Source: Eledone cirrhosa (taxonomy: Eukaryota). From it: a stretch of DNA of 64,000 nucleotides. The notes beneath the pieces are model-generated. The model saw only the letters and a program-made list of their open reading frames with translations, did no database searches and was not told where the DNA came from. Both the position numbers and the translations under genes were made by a program. Below are positions 11,286 through 26,199 of this stretch, piece by piece; position 1 is the first letter of the stretch; each line of letters begins with the position of its first letter. Where the stretch lies: NCBI GenBank assembly GCA_964016885.1, contig OZ024742.1, positions 186,992,001 through 187,056,000 on the forward strand, in the 5' to 3' direction.

Positions 11286-14200
11286 CGTAAACTCCGTTCC
11301 ACTTATTCTAGTAGGCTTTTATATTTATATGTGAGCTGATAGAGTACAGTCTAAGGATTTACAGAAACCCATGAAGCTAGATTTAACACCTTTCTAGTGG
11401 GTCCGGGTATGATTTTACATTCATTTAAATTATTGACGTATTGTTTTATTGATATTTTTTATCTGTTTGGCCCGAATCTTCCTTTATCGATTTTAAATCG
11501 TATGGTTGATTGTAGACTTGTTCTATATGTGACGGTATTTTAACGATAGTTATAGCTCTGATTCATCTGAATTATTGAGCCCTCTGCCGCTCATATCGAA
11601 TTTCGTTTTTCGTGAACTCGTGCGCCGATTTTTCGATACTCGATCTTTCTAATATATTTAGCTCTGGACTTAGCTATCCACCAGTTAATTTTATTGCTCA
11701 TTTTTTGTCGATTCTATTGAGTGATGAATAGCTTTTGTTTTATTTTAACATGTCTATTGAGCACTCTAATTCGATATGTGTATTTCCACATTCACTCGAA
11801 TTGTTTTCGCGGATATAGGGGTCATCTCCCTTGTCTAATGCCATGTGCGTTTTTCACCGCTAGTTGACTCCTCTGCCGCCAGGAAAAAACTCGTTGACAA
11901 CGTAAACTCCGTTCCACTTATTCTAGTAGGCTTTTATATTTATATGTGAGCTGATAGAGTACAGTCTAAGGATTTACAGAAACCCATGAAGCTAGATTTA
12001 ACACCTTTCTAGTGGGTCCGGGTATGATTTTACATTCATTTAAATTATTGACGTATTGTTTTATTGATATTTTTTATCTGTTTGGCCCGAATCTTCCTTT
12101 ATCGATTTTAAATCGTATGGTTGATTGTAGACTTGTTCTATATGTGACGGTATTTTAACGATAGTTATAGCTCTGATTCATCTGAATTATTGAGCCCTCT
12201 GCCGCTCATATCGAATTTCGTTTTTCGTGAACTCGTGCGCCGATTTTTCGATACTCGATCTTTCTAATATATTTAGCTCTGGACTTAGCTATCCACCAGT
12301 TAATTTTATTGCTCATTTTTTGTCGATTCTATTGAGTGATGAATAGCTTTTGTTTTATTTTAACATGTCTATTGAGCACTCTAATTCGATATGTGTATTT
12401 CCACATTCACTCGAATTGTTTTCGCGGATATAGGGGTCATCTCCCTTGTCTAATGCCATGTGCGTTTTTCACCGCTAGTTGACTCCTCTGCCGCCAGGAA
12501 AAAACTCGTTGACAACGTAAACTCCGTTCCACTTATTCTAGTAGGCTTTTATATTTATATGTGAGCTGATAGAGTACAGTCTAAGGATTTACAGAAACCC
12601 ATGAAGCTAGATTTAACACCTTTCTAGTGGGTCCGGGTATGATTTTACATTCATTTAAATTATTGACGTATTGTTTTATTGATATTTTTTATCTGTTTGG
12701 CCCGAATCTTCCTTTATCGATTTTAAATCGTATGGTTGATTGTAGACTTGTTCTATATGTGACGGTATTTTAACGATAGTTATAGCTCTGATTCATCTGA
12801 ATTATTGAGCCCTCTGCCGCTCATATCGAATTTCGTTTTTCGTGAACTCGTGCGCCGATTTTTCGATACTCGATCTTTCTAATATATTTAGCTCTGGACT
12901 TAGCTATCCACCAGTTAATTTTATTGCTCATTTTTTGTCGATTCTATTGAGTGATGAATAGCTTTTGTTTTATTTTAACATGTCTATTGAGCACTCTAAT
13001 TCGATATGTGTATTTCCACATTCACTCGAATTGTTTTCGCGGATATAGGGGTCATCTCCCTTGTCTAATGCCATGTGCGTTTTTCACCGCTAGTTGACTC
13101 CTCTGCCGCCAGGAAAAAACTCGTTGACAACGTAAACTCCGTTCCACTTATTCTAGTAGGCTTTTATATTTATATGTGAGCTGATAGAGTACAGTCTAAG
13201 GATTTACAGAAACCCATGAAGCTAGATTTAACACCTTTCTAGTGGGTCCGGGTATGATTTTACATTCATTTAAATTATTGACGTATTGTTTTATTGATAT
13301 TTTTTATCTGTTTGGCCCGAATCTTCCTTTATCGATTTTAAATCGTATGGTTGATTGTAGACTTGTTCTATATGTGACGGTATTTTAACGATAGTTATAG
13401 CTCTGATTCATCTGAATTATTGAGCCCTCTGCCGCTCATATCGAATTTCGTTTTTCGTGAACTCGTGCGCCGATTTTTCGATACTCGATCTTTCTAATAT
13501 ATTTAGCTCTGGACTTAGCTATCCACCAGTTAATTTTATTGCTCATTTTTTGTCGATTCTATTGAGTGATGAATAGCTTTTGTTTTATTTTAACATGTCT
13601 ATTGAGCACTCTAATTCGATATGTGTATTTCCACATTCACTCGAATTGTTTTCGCGGATATAGGGGTCATCTCCCTTGTCTAATGCCATGTGCGTTTTTC
13701 ACCGCTAGTTGACTCCTCTGCCGCCAGGAAAAAACTCGTTGACAACGTAAACTCCGTTCCACTTATTCTAGTAGGCTTTTATATTTATATGTGAGCTGAT
13801 AGAGTACAGTCTAAGGATTTACAGAAACCCATGAAGCTAGATTTAACACCTTTCTAGTGGGTCCGGGTATGATTTTACATTCATTTAAATTATTGACGTA
13901 TTGTTTTATTGATATTTTTTATCTGTTTGGCCCGAATCTTCCTTTATCGATTTTAAATCGTATGGTTGATTGTAGACTTGTTCTATATGTGACGGTATTT
14001 TAACGATAGTTATAGCTCTGATTCATCTGAATTATTGAGCCCTCTGCCGCTCATATCGAATTTCGTTTTTCGTGAACTCGTGCGCCGATTTTTCGATACT
14101 CGATCTTTCTAATATATTTAGCTCTGGACTTAGCTATCCACCAGTTAATTTTATTGCTCATTTTTTGTCGATTCTATTGAGTGATGAATAGCTTTTGTTT

Positions 14201-17200
14201 TATTTTAACATGTCTATTGAGCACTCTAATTCGATATGTGTATTTCCACATTCACTCGAATTGTTTTCGCGGATATAGGGGTCATCTCCCTTGTCTAATG
14301 CCATGTGCGTTTTTCACCGCTAGTTGACTCCTCTGCCGCCAGGAAAAAACTCGTTGACAACGTAAACTCCGTTCCACTTATTCTAGTAGGCTTTTATATT
14401 TATATGTGAGCTGATAGAGTACAGTCTAAGGATTTACAGAAACCCATGAAGCTAGATTTAACACCTTTCTAGTGGGTCCGGGTATGATTTTACATTCATT
14501 TAAATTATTGACGTATTGTTTTATTGATATTTTTTATCTGTTTGGCCCGAATCTTCCTTTATCGATTTTAAATCGTATGGTTGATTGTAGACTTGTTCTA
14601 TATGTGACGGTATTTTAACGATAGTTATAGCTCTGATTCATCTGAATTATTGAGCCCTCTGCCGCTCATATCGAATTTCGTTTTTCGTGAACTCGTGCGC
14701 CGATTTTTCGATACTCGATCTTTCTAATATATTTAGCTCTGGACTTAGCTATCCACCAGTTAATTTTATTGCTCATTTTTTGTCGATTCTATTGAGTGAT
14801 GAATAGCTTTTGTTTTATTTTAACATGTCTATTGAGCACTCTAATTCGATATGTGTATTTCCACATTCACTCGAATTGTTTTCGCGGATATAGGGGTCAT
14901 CTCCCTTGTCTAATGCCATGTGCGTTTTTCACCGCTAGTTGACTCCTCTGCCGCCAGGAAAAAACTCGTTGACAACGTAAACTCCGTTCCACTTATTCTA
15001 GTAGGCTTTTATATTTATATGTGAGCTGATAGAGTACAGTCTAAGGATTTACAGAAACCCATGAAGCTAGATTTAACACCTTTCTAGTGGGTCCGGGTAT
15101 GATTTTACATTCATTTAAATTATTGACGTATTGTTTTATTGATATTTTTTATCTGTTTGGCCCGAATCTTCCTTTATCGATTTTAAATCGTATGGTTGAT
15201 TGTAGACTTGTTCTATATGTGACGGTATTTTAACGATAGTTATAGCTCTGATTCATCTGAATTATTGAGCCCTCTGCCGCTCATATCGAATTTCGTTTTT
15301 CGTGAACTCGTGCGCCGATTTTTCGATACTCGATCTTTCTAATATATTTAGCTCTGGACTTAGCTATCCACCAGTTAATTTTATTGCTCATTTTTTGTCG
15401 ATTCTATTGAGTGATGAATAGCTTTTGTTTTATTTTAACATGTCTATTGAGCACTCTAATTCGATATGTGTATTTCCACATTCACTCGAATTGTTTTCGC
15501 GGATATAGGGGTCATCTCCCTTGTCTAATGCCATGTGCGTTTTTCACCGCTAGTTGACTCCTCTGCCGCCAGGAAAAAACTCGTTGACAACGTAAACTCC
15601 GTTCCACTTATTCTAGTAGGCTTTTATATTTATATGTGAGCTGATAGAGTACAGTCTAAGGATTTACAGAAACCCATGAAGCTAGATTTAACACCTTTCT
15701 AGTGGGTCCGGGTATGATTTTACATTCATTTAAATTATTGACGTATTGTTTTATTGATATTTTTTATCTGTTTGGCCCGAATCTTCCTTTATCGATTTTA
15801 AATCGTATGGTTGATTGTAGACTTGTTCTATATGTGACGGTATTTTAACGATAGTTATAGCTCTGATTCATCTGAATTATTGAGCCCTCTGCCGCTCATA
15901 TCGAATTTCGTTTTTCGTGAACTCGTGCGCCGATTTTTCGATACTCGATCTTTCTAATATATTTAGCTCTGGACTTAGCTATCCACCAGTTAATTTTATT
16001 GCTCATTTTTTGTCGATTCTATTGAGTGATGAATAGCTTTTGTTTTATTTTAACATGTCTATTGAGCACTCTAATTCGATATGTGTATTTCCACATTCAC
16101 TCGAATTGTTTTCGCGGATATAGGGGTCATCTCCCTTGTCTAATGCCATGTGCGTTTTTCACCGCTAGTTGACTCCTCTGCCGCCAGGAAAAAACTCGTT
16201 GACAACGTAAACTCCGTTCCACTTATTCTAGTAGGCTTTTATATTTATATGTGAGCTGATAGAGTACAGTCTAAGGATTTACAGAAACCCATGAAGCTAG
16301 ATTTAACACCTTTCTAGTGGGTCCGGGTATGATTTTACATTCATTTAAATTATTGACGTATTGTTTTATTGATATTTTTTATCTGTTTGGCCCGAATCTT
16401 CCTTTATCGATTTTAAATCGTATGGTTGATTGTAGACTTGTTCTATATGTGACGGTATTTTAACGATAGTTATAGCTCTGATTCATCTGAATTATTGAGC
16501 CCTCTGCCGCTCATATCGAATTTCGTTTTTCGTGAACTCGTGCGCCGATTTTTCGATACTCGATCTTTCTAATATATTTAGCTCTGGACTTAGCTATCCA
16601 CCAGTTAATTTTATTGCTCATTTTTTGTCGATTCTATTGAGTGATGAATAGCTTTTGTTTTATTTTAACATGTCTATTGAGCACTCTAATTCGATATGTG
16701 TATTTCCACATTCACTCGAATTGTTTTCGCGGATATAGGGGTCATCTCCCTTGTCTAATGCCATGTGCGTTTTTCACCGCTAGTTGACTCCTCTGCCGCC
16801 AGGAAAAAACTCGTTGACAACGTAAACTCCGTTCCACTTATTCTAGTAGGCTTTTATATTTATATGTGAGCTGATAGAGTACAGTCTAAGGATTTACAGA
16901 AACCCATGAAGCTAGATTTAACACCTTTCTAGTGGGTCCGGGTATGATTTTACATTCATTTAAATTATTGACGTATTGTTTTATTGATATTTTTTATCTG
17001 TTTGGCCCGAATCTTCCTTTATCGATTTTAAATCGTATGGTTGATTGTAGACTTGTTCTATATGTGACGGTATTTTAACGATAGTTATAGCTCTGATTCA
17101 TCTGAATTATTGAGCCCTCTGCCGCTCATATCGAATTTCGTTTTTCGTGAACTCGTGCGCCGATTTTTCGATACTCGATCTTTCTAATATATTTAGCTCT

Positions 17201-20200
17201 GGACTTAGCTATCCACCAGTTAATTTTATTGCTCATTTTTTGTCGATTCTATTGAGTGATGAATAGCTTTTGTTTTATTTTAACATGTCTATTGAGCACT
17301 CTAATTCGATATGTGTATTTCCACATTCACTCGAATTGTTTTCGCGGATATAGGGGTCATCTCCCTTGTCTAATGCCATGTGCGTTTTTCACCGCTAGTT
17401 GACTCCTCTGCCGCCAGGAAAAAACTCGTTGACAACGTAAACTCCGTTCCACTTATTCTAGTAGGCTTTTATATTTATATGTGAGCTGATAGAGTACAGT
17501 CTAAGGATTTACAGAAACCCATGAAGCTAGATTTAACACCTTTCTAGTGGGTCCGGGTATGATTTTACATTCATTTAAATTATTGACGTATTGTTTTATT
17601 GATATTTTTTATCTGTTTGGCCCGAATCTTCCTTTATCGATTTTAAATCGTATGGTTGATTGTAGACTTGTTCTATATGTGACGGTATTTTAACGATAGT
17701 TATAGCTCTGATTCATCTGAATTATTGAGCCCTCTGCCGCTCATATCGAATTTCGTTTTTCGTGAACTCGTGCGCCGATTTTTCGATACTCGATCTTTCT
17801 AATATATTTAGCTCTGGACTTAGCTATCCACCAGTTAATTTTATTGCTCATTTTTTGTCGATTCTATTGAGTGATGAATAGCTTTTGTTTTATTTTAACA
17901 TGTCTATTGAGCACTCTAATTCGATATGTGTATTTCCACATTCACTCGAATTGTTTTCGCGGATATAGGGGTCATCTCCCTTGTCTAATGCCATGTGCGT
18001 TTTTCACCGCTAGTTGACTCCTCTGCCGCCAGGAAAAAACTCGTTGACAACGTAAACTCCGTTCCACTTATTCTAGTAGGCTTTTATATTTATATGTGAG
18101 CTGATAGAGTACAGTCTAAGGATTTACAGAAACCCATGAAGCTAGATTTAACACCTTTCTAGTGGGTCCGGGTATGATTTTACATTCATTTAAATTATTG
18201 ACGTATTGTTTTATTGATATTTTTTATCTGTTTGGCCCGAATCTTCCTTTATCGATTTTAAATCGTATGGTTGATTGTAGACTTGTTCTATATGTGACGG
18301 TATTTTAACGATAGTTATAGCTCTGATTCATCTGAATTATTGAGCCCTCTGCCGCTCATATCGAATTTCGTTTTTCGTGAACTCGTGCGCCGATTTTTCG
18401 ATACTCGATCTTTCTAATATATTTAGCTCTGGACTTAGCTATCCACCAGTTAATTTTATTGCTCATTTTTTGTCGATTCTATTGAGTGATGAATAGCTTT
18501 TGTTTTATTTTAACATGTCTATTGAGCACTCTAATTCGATATGTGTATTTCCACATTCACTCGAATTGTTTTCGCGGATATAGGGGTCATCTCCCTTGTC
18601 TAATGCCATGTGCGTTTTTCACCGCTAGTTGACTCCTCTGCCGCCAGGAAAAAACTCGTTGACAACGTAAACTCCGTTCCACTTATTCTAGTAGGCTTTT
18701 ATATTTATATGTGAGCTGATAGAGTACAGTCTAAGGATTTACAGAAACCCATGAAGCTAGATTTAACACCTTTCTAGTGGGTCCGGGTATGATTTTACAT
18801 TCATTTAAATTATTGACGTATTGTTTTATTGATATTTTTTATCTGTTTGGCCCGAATCTTCCTTTATCGATTTTAAATCGTATGGTTGATTGTAGACTTG
18901 TTCTATATGTGACGGTATTTTAACGATAGTTATAGCTCTGATTCATCTGAATTATTGAGCCCTCTGCCGCTCATATCGAATTTCGTTTTTCGTGAACTCG
19001 TGCGCCGATTTTTCGATACTCGATCTTTCTAATATATTTAGCTCTGGACTTAGCTATCCACCAGTTAATTTTATTGCTCATTTTTTGTCGATTCTATTGA
19101 GTGATGAATAGCTTTTGTTTTATTTTAACATGTCTATTGAGCACTCTAATTCGATATGTGTATTTCCACATTCACTCGAATTGTTTTCGCGGATATAGGG
19201 GTCATCTCCCTTGTCTAATGCCATGTGCGTTTTTCACCGCTAGTTGACTCCTCTGCCGCCAGGAAAAAACTCGTTGACAACGTAAACTCCGTTCCACTTA
19301 TTCTAGTAGGCTTTTATATTTATATGTGAGCTGATAGAGTACAGTCTAAGGATTTACAGAAACCCATGAAGCTAGATTTAACACCTTTCTAGTGGGTCCG
19401 GGTATGATTTTACATTCATTTAAATTATTGACGTATTGTTTTATTGATATTTTTTATCTGTTTGGCCCGAATCTTCCTTTATCGATTTTAAATCGTATGG
19501 TTGATTGTAGACTTGTTCTATATGTGACGGTATTTTAACGATAGTTATAGCTCTGATTCATCTGAATTATTGAGCCCTCTGCCGCTCATATCGAATTTCG
19601 TTTTTCGTGAACTCGTGCGCCGATTTTTCGATACTCGATCTTTCTAATATATTTAGCTCTGGACTTAGCTATCCACCAGTTAATTTTATTGCTCATTTTT
19701 TGTCGATTCTATTGAGTGATGAATAGCTTTTGTTTTATTTTAACATGTCTATTGAGCACTCTAATTCGATATGTGTATTTCCACATTCACTCGAATTGTT
19801 TTCGCGGATATAGGGGTCATCTCCCTTGTCTAATGCCATGTGCGTTTTTCACCGCTAGTTGACTCCTCTGCCGCCAGGAAAAAACTCGTTGACAACGTAA
19901 ACTCCGTTCCACTTATTCTAGTAGGCTTTTATATTTATATGTGAGCTGATAGAGTACAGTCTAAGGATTTACAGAAACCCATGAAGCTAGATTTAACACC
20001 TTTCTAGTGGGTCCGGGTATGATTTTACATTCATTTAAATTATTGACGTATTGTTTTATTGATATTTTTTATCTGTTTGGCCCGAATCTTCCTTTATCGA
20101 TTTTAAATCGTATGGTTGATTGTAGACTTGTTCTATATGTGACGGTATTTTAACGATAGTTATAGCTCTGATTCATCTGAATTATTGAGCCCTCTGCCGC

Positions 20201-20266
20201 TCATATCGAATTTCGTTTTTCGTGAACTCGTGCGCCGATTTTTCGATACTCGATCTTTCTAATATA
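11284..20266. repeat. Tandem array of a 615-bp non-coding unit, ~14.6 apparently identical copies, flanked by (TA)n
   Basis: CGTAAACTCCGTTCC recurs at 11286, 11901, 12516 and onward (period 615). No ORF of 60 aa or more. No differences seen between copies. Confidence 0.97.
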
Positions 20267-20284
20267 TATATATATATATATATT

Positions 20285-20376
20285 TAGTTATGTTGTTTAT
20301 TACATAACTATTAAGCTCTGTTACCTACATAGAGCACTCTTTTTTCCTGGACTTTTCCGACGGAATTACTTCATTT

Positions 20377-20378
<2 letters not shown>
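20285..20378 (-). mobile_element. Short repeat with a terminal hairpin; second copy at 49250-49348 (+)
   Basis: Shared GTAAATGAAGTAATTCCGTC..AGGAAAAAAGAGTGCTCTATGTAGGT..AGCTTAATAGTTATGTAATAAACAA with a fold-back end. Confidence 0.6.
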
Positions 20379-20408
<30 letters not shown>

Positions 20409-20626
20409 GCAGACATGCACACATATTTGCACGCATATATACATATACGTGTTTGGGTACACGTTTGGTTTGTTTACCCTTCTCACACGACAACGAACTG
20501 TAATACTATTGATTGGGTGGTTACATAAATGAACACATGCACACAAATACATACACACAAACGCACATACATACATACATGAACACATACATACATATAT
20601 AAATAAATAAATAAATATATACATGA

Positions 20627-20659
<33 letters not shown>

Positions 20660-21129
20660 CATATATATATACATATATATATATATACATAAACATGCAT
20701 ATATCCTGTATAAACGTGTATGTACATACACATATGCATACAGAAGCAATTATCACTGTGTACCTGGAAGACTTTCACATACCTTTTGATTATCCGGTGT
20801 AACACTACTGTGGTGTCTATTGATGTCAACGAAACTAACAGCTAAATGTTTCATTGTTAGGAAATTCTTAAATTGAATACCATGATTCTCTCTATTGTAG
20901 GTATATGTATTGGATTCTTGAATTCTTGAATTCTTGAATCTATGTTTCTAAAGAAACTATGTAATTTGCTAAAGCAGGAGTTAAATAGAACCGAAGAATT
21001 TGATTCCATGTAACACATTTATTTAAAGCCTCTCTTTTCTTGCTGTCGTTGCTTTTGTTCTAACATGACAGTCTTGTTCAACCACTGAGCTAGTTACGTC
21101 ACTTCTTTTTATGTTTAGTCCGTAAGTGA

Positions 21130-23040
21130 TGGTAGAGGCAACACTGAAAACAACAACAATGTTGTGTGTGGCATCAGCAACAACAGCAAGAAAAATAACG
21201 AAAGCAGCAGTAACAACAACAACAACAACAACAACAACAATAACGATAATGATTGTGGCAGCATCAACAAAAAGAAAAATAATGACAGCAACAGCAGCAA
21301 CAACAACAGCAAAACTAGCACTGATGTGTGTCGCAGCTGTAACAGCAGCAAGAAAAATAACGACAGCAGCAACAACAAGGACAGCAAAAGCACAACAACA
21401 ATGATGACGATGACAATGAAATGAACAATAACAACGATGTTTGACAGCAACAACAACAGCAAGTAAAATATCCACAGCAATATCAACAAAAATAATGATA
21501 GCAACGACAGCAACAACAATAACAATAACAGCAAGAAAAGCAGCAGCAACAACAATAGCGACTGTAAAAAACAGCAACAGCGATAGCTAAAACAACAACA
21601 ATGAGAGCAACAGCAAAACCAACGACGACATCAGCAACTACTACAACGAAAACAACGACAGCAACAACAACATTAGCATCAACGACGACAACAACAACAA
21701 CGACAGCTAAAACAGCAACAACGACAGCTAAAACAACACCAACGACAGCTACAACAAAAACCACGAGAGCTAAAACAACAACGACAGCTACAACAATAAC
21801 AACGACAGCTAAAACAACAACAACGACAGCTACAACAATAACAACGACAGCTACAACAACAATAACGACAGCTACAACAACAACAACGACAGCTAAAACA
21901 ACAACGACAGCTACAACAATAACAACGACAGCTACAACAATAACGACAGCTACAACAACAACAACGACAGCTAAAACAACAACAACGACAGCTACAACAA
22001 CAACAACGACAGCTATAACAATAACAACGACAGCTACAACAACAACAACGGCAGCTACAACAATAACAACGACAGCTACAACAACAATAACGACAGCTAC
22101 AACAATAACAACGACAGCTACAACAATAACAACGACAGCTACAACAATAACAACGACAGCTACAACAATAACGACAGCTACAACAATAACAACGACAGCT
22201 ACAACAACAACAACGACAGCTACAACAACAACAACGACAGCTATAACAATAACAACGACAGCTACAACAACAACAACGACAGCTACAACAATAACAACGA
22301 CAGCTACAACAACAATAACGACAGCTACAACAATAACAACGACAGCTACAACAATAACAACGACAGCTACAACAACAACAACGACAGCTACAACAACAAC
22401 AACGACAGCTACAACAACAATAACGACAGCTACAACAATAACAACGACAGCTACAACAATAACAACGACAGCTATCACAATAACAACAACAGCTACAACA
22501 ACAACAACGACAGCTACAACAATAACGACAGCTACAACAACAACAACGACAGCTACAACAACAACAACGACAGCTACAACAATAACAACGACAGCTGCAA
22601 CAACAACAACGACAGCTACAACAACAACAACGACAGCTAAAACAACAACGACAGCTACAACAATAACAACGACAGCTACAACAATAACAACGACAGCTAC
22701 AACAACAACAACGACAGCTAAAACAACAACAACGACAGCTACAACAACAACAACGACAGCTATAACAATAACAACGACAGCTACAACAACAACAACGACA
22801 GCTACAACAATAACAAAGACAGCTACAACAATAACAACAACAGCTACAACAACAACAACGACAGCTACAATAACAACAACAACGACAGCTACAGCAACAA
22901 CAGCAACAGCAACAACAAAAACAACAACGACAGCTAAAACAATAACAACAACAGCTACAAAAAAATAAACAACTACAGCTACAACAACAACTGCAGCAAC
23001 AACAAAAAAATATCAAAACATAACAACAACGACAGCTACA
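21130..23040. repeat. (ACA)n-derived minisatellite with an ~18-21-bp unit ACAACAATAACAACGACAGCT
   Basis: Direct reading. Produces the poly-Thr, poly-Val and poly-Cys ORFs. Confidence 0.95.
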
Positions 23041-23335
23041 AATGCTATGTTGAAGATCAATTAAAAGGAGAATATTTATGCTGAACTAATGAGGAACATC
23101 TAGATACTCTACTTTGACTGTAGCTTTAGTTTTATACTCGTGATTATTGGGTTTACATAGATATGTTACTAACTGCCTAGGTACAAGTCTTGAGAAGGGG
23201 GGTTTCACAGAACCAGAAAGAGCTTGGTTAATTAGGAAATTAACCAAGTTAATTAGGAAATTAATTAGATCGAAGTTATTAAGGGGACTGTGAAAATATG
23301 TGAAACATTCCAGAAATTTAACAATGTTTCTGATA
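23040..23335 (+). mobile_element. Decayed 3' end of an RLE-type non-LTR retrotransposon; same family as 24850-25330
   Basis: AAAGGAGAATATTTATGCTGAACTAATGAG...GATATGTTACTAACTGCCT...GTGAAAATATGTGAAACATTCCAGAAAT matches the 25090-25320 region. Confidence 0.65.
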
Positions 23336-23371
23336 TATATAGAAACATACAACCCCCCCACCCATATATAA

Positions 23372-23421
<50 letters not shown>

Positions 23422-23757
23422 TTATATATATATATATATATGCTAATTAACTGCATTATACACTTCCGTCGTTGAAAAAGCATATAAAGCTGAAACCGGT
23501 ACACGATTAAATGCGGAAATCCTTACTTTATAAATAAATAAATGTTTTGATATTATACTGAAAAAATCCCTCCACTATTTTCTACTGTATTTTTTCCTTA
23601 TTAATATTTGTTTATGTATATATATATATACACATACATGTACCTCAAAACATACAAATTCACACATGCCATAACAGCCACACCTGCACACACTCCATAC
23701 ACACACAAACGCATACATACATACATACATACATACATACATACATACATACATACA

Positions 23758-23790
<33 letters not shown>

Positions 23791-24139
23791 GCATACATGC
23801 AACTCGATTTCGAGTAATGACATCACTTGATACTTAAGTATGAATATCACGGACGTGGCTTTTTAGTCCTGCTAGAGACTTGCCTGTGGCCAGCAATACC
23901 ATGCATCGCAAAAAGAAAAATATAAATAAGTAAACGACACGTATCAAGCGATGCTTGTGCTTGAAGATTTTAGTGAAGATAAGCTTCCTTGGTGTGGAGG
24001 GTGATTTTGGACACGGGATGAAAACCCAAACCATCAAGGGTGGAGGAACTCAGGAGAGTCAGCGGTCATCCAATAATTTTTAAAAAACTTTTTGAGCGAG
24101 AGACTCCTAGTCTTCATTAAGACATACATACATAATACA

Positions 24140-24737
24140 TGGTGGCTGTCAACTCGTTTTCGAGTACGGCCACTACTTTATATCCATGTAGGAGAACCCC
24201 TACCGATGCGCTGAATGAGTGTGACTTTTTAGTCTTGAAAACTCTGGTAAAAACACTACACTTGTGACAATTATTGACACATAGTGCTGGGCCCATGGTA
24301 CCATGTGACGACAAGTGCAGAGATATCTCCAGATATAAAGCAATGCCTGTGCCGTGAAGCTTTTATAGTGAGCAAAGGCACTGCACAAAGCCAGTCCCAC
24401 TCTCTTAACCAAGATGATATTTACCAAAAAGAATAACAAGTCAACATCATTGGATACCATCAGGGTTGCAGGTGTTATATCAGAGTTTTCCTTCTCTTAG
24501 AATTCTGCCTTGACAAAGGTTAAGGGGTCATCTCTCCTGGTGATTTTGGATGGCCATTGACTCTTAAGAGCTCCTTTGCCCTTTGACAGGTTTTGTTTTT
24601 AGTCCTGCAGGATGTCCAAAGTCACCCTCCTCACCAAGAAACCTTGATGGGTTTGCCAGTTTAGTCGCCAACGACCCGACCATGAGACAGGTTGTACTGG
24701 GATACATGTTACCAGTAGCAGCAACTGGTGACCTGAC
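24140..24737 (-). mobile_element. ~600-bp non-autonomous RTE-derived element, copy 1
   Basis: Reverse complement of 43686-44287. A more deleted relative lies at ~23850-24115. Confidence 0.85.
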
Positions 24738-24849
24738 ATATACATACATACATACATACATATATACATCATACATACTCACATACCTGTCCAAATATGT
24801 CATCGCGGTACTATCTACCTTTGAGGCATGATGTAGTGGCCAAAACACT

Positions 24850-25330
24850 GTACGATGCAAGACGTAGAAAAGATAGCCCTGATCATAAACACATTAAAAG
24901 CTACAGCAATGTGGAACACATATACACAATATGAAAGAGTACTGGTGGAATGTTCCAGTAAAAACCCCAATAAAATGCAGGCATAACAGACCAGATATAT
25001 ATAATGATATGGGACGGGGAAAAGAAGACATACATAGTAGTGGAAGTTAACTGCCCAGCAGATGCCAATATAATATCAAAGATTAGCGAAAAGGAGAATA
25101 TTTATCCAGAACTGATGAGAAATCTGCAGATACTCCACTCTGATTATACCTTCAGATTTATGCCTGTGATTATTAGGGCACTGGGATATGTTACTAACTG
25201 CCTCAGTATAAATCTTGAGAAGCTGGGCTTCACAGGAACAGAAAGAACACAACTACTTAGGCAATTACAAGTACAATCCATTAATGGAACAGTAAAAATA
25301 TGTAAAACATTCCAAAAATGTTGCATCTAA
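24850..25330 (+). pseudogene. C-terminal restriction-like endonuclease (RLE) of an R2/NeSL/CRE-group non-LTR element
   Basis: CATAACAGACCAGAT (HNRPD) followed by YIVVEVNCPAD...EKENIYPELMRNLQ...FMPVIIRALGYV, a PD-(D/E)xK pattern. Confidence 0.8.
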
Positions 25331-26199
25331 TAACTGCATATACACATGTACAGATAATAAGCATATACACATGAACACATACAACTCAAAACATACACAT
25401 CCACACATACAATAACATCCATGCATACATATCTACCTAGTTGATGTTGTGTAAATTGCAATGAAAGAGTGTTGTGTCTATGTTAGAAACCGACTCTCTC
25501 TCTATTGCCAAATATTTGGGAAATTATAAAACCAGAAGAACATACATACATACATACATACATACATACATACAAAGATACATATATACATACATACATA
25601 CAAACATATATATATATATATACATATATACACACATACATAAACAATAATGGCGACCGTTGTGGTGAGTCCGATGATCAGACATATGTAATTACGGCTT
25701 ACATGACGGCAACATAACATATATTGAAAAAGTTGAGCTACATATTGCGGTAAGATTACATATTTCTACTTAAGTATTTGAACTGTAAATATATTACAAC
25801 ACACCCATTTATATGAACATTACATAGTTTTAACATATAAATACAGCGTTGTTATATTACATTCATATAGAAATGTACAAAGTAACGTTACAAAACAATT
25901 CACCAAAAAAACAAAAGAAAAACAAACAAAAAAAACACGAAACAACGGAAACAAAAACGAAAACAAAACGAACGCTAAATATGAATGAACCTTTAAAATA
26001 CAATTGTAGAATTAAAAACTTGTTGAAAGGAAATATTACCCAAGCTGTGAACAACTTTACATTTAATTATGACAAAACTTTGTCGAAACTATTAAAGAAG
26101 ATCATCGTCTATTTTGAAGAATAAATGCAAAATATTACTCATCATGGCAAAACGTATAAGACTACTTCGACCAAATCACAACTACAACCATTGTATACA

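Noticed and set aside
11332-11378. HHR-like string CTGATAGA-GTAcAGTC-taag-GATTTAC-AGAAAC in the 615-bp unit
   Set aside because: There is an extra base in the core, no UH cleavage site after GAAAC, and no convincing stem I. Not called as a ribozyme.
11284-20266. 615-bp array as a 5S, tRNA, snRNA or histone gene cluster, or as CRISPR
   Set aside because: I recognised no such sequences or Pol III boxes, there is no ORF, and there are no variable spacers.
21483-23016. 455-aa Thr-rich mucin-like ORF and Cys-rich/Val-rich antisense ORFs
   Set aside because: A trinucleotide-based minisatellite is open in several frames on both strands. There is no signal peptide or splice context.
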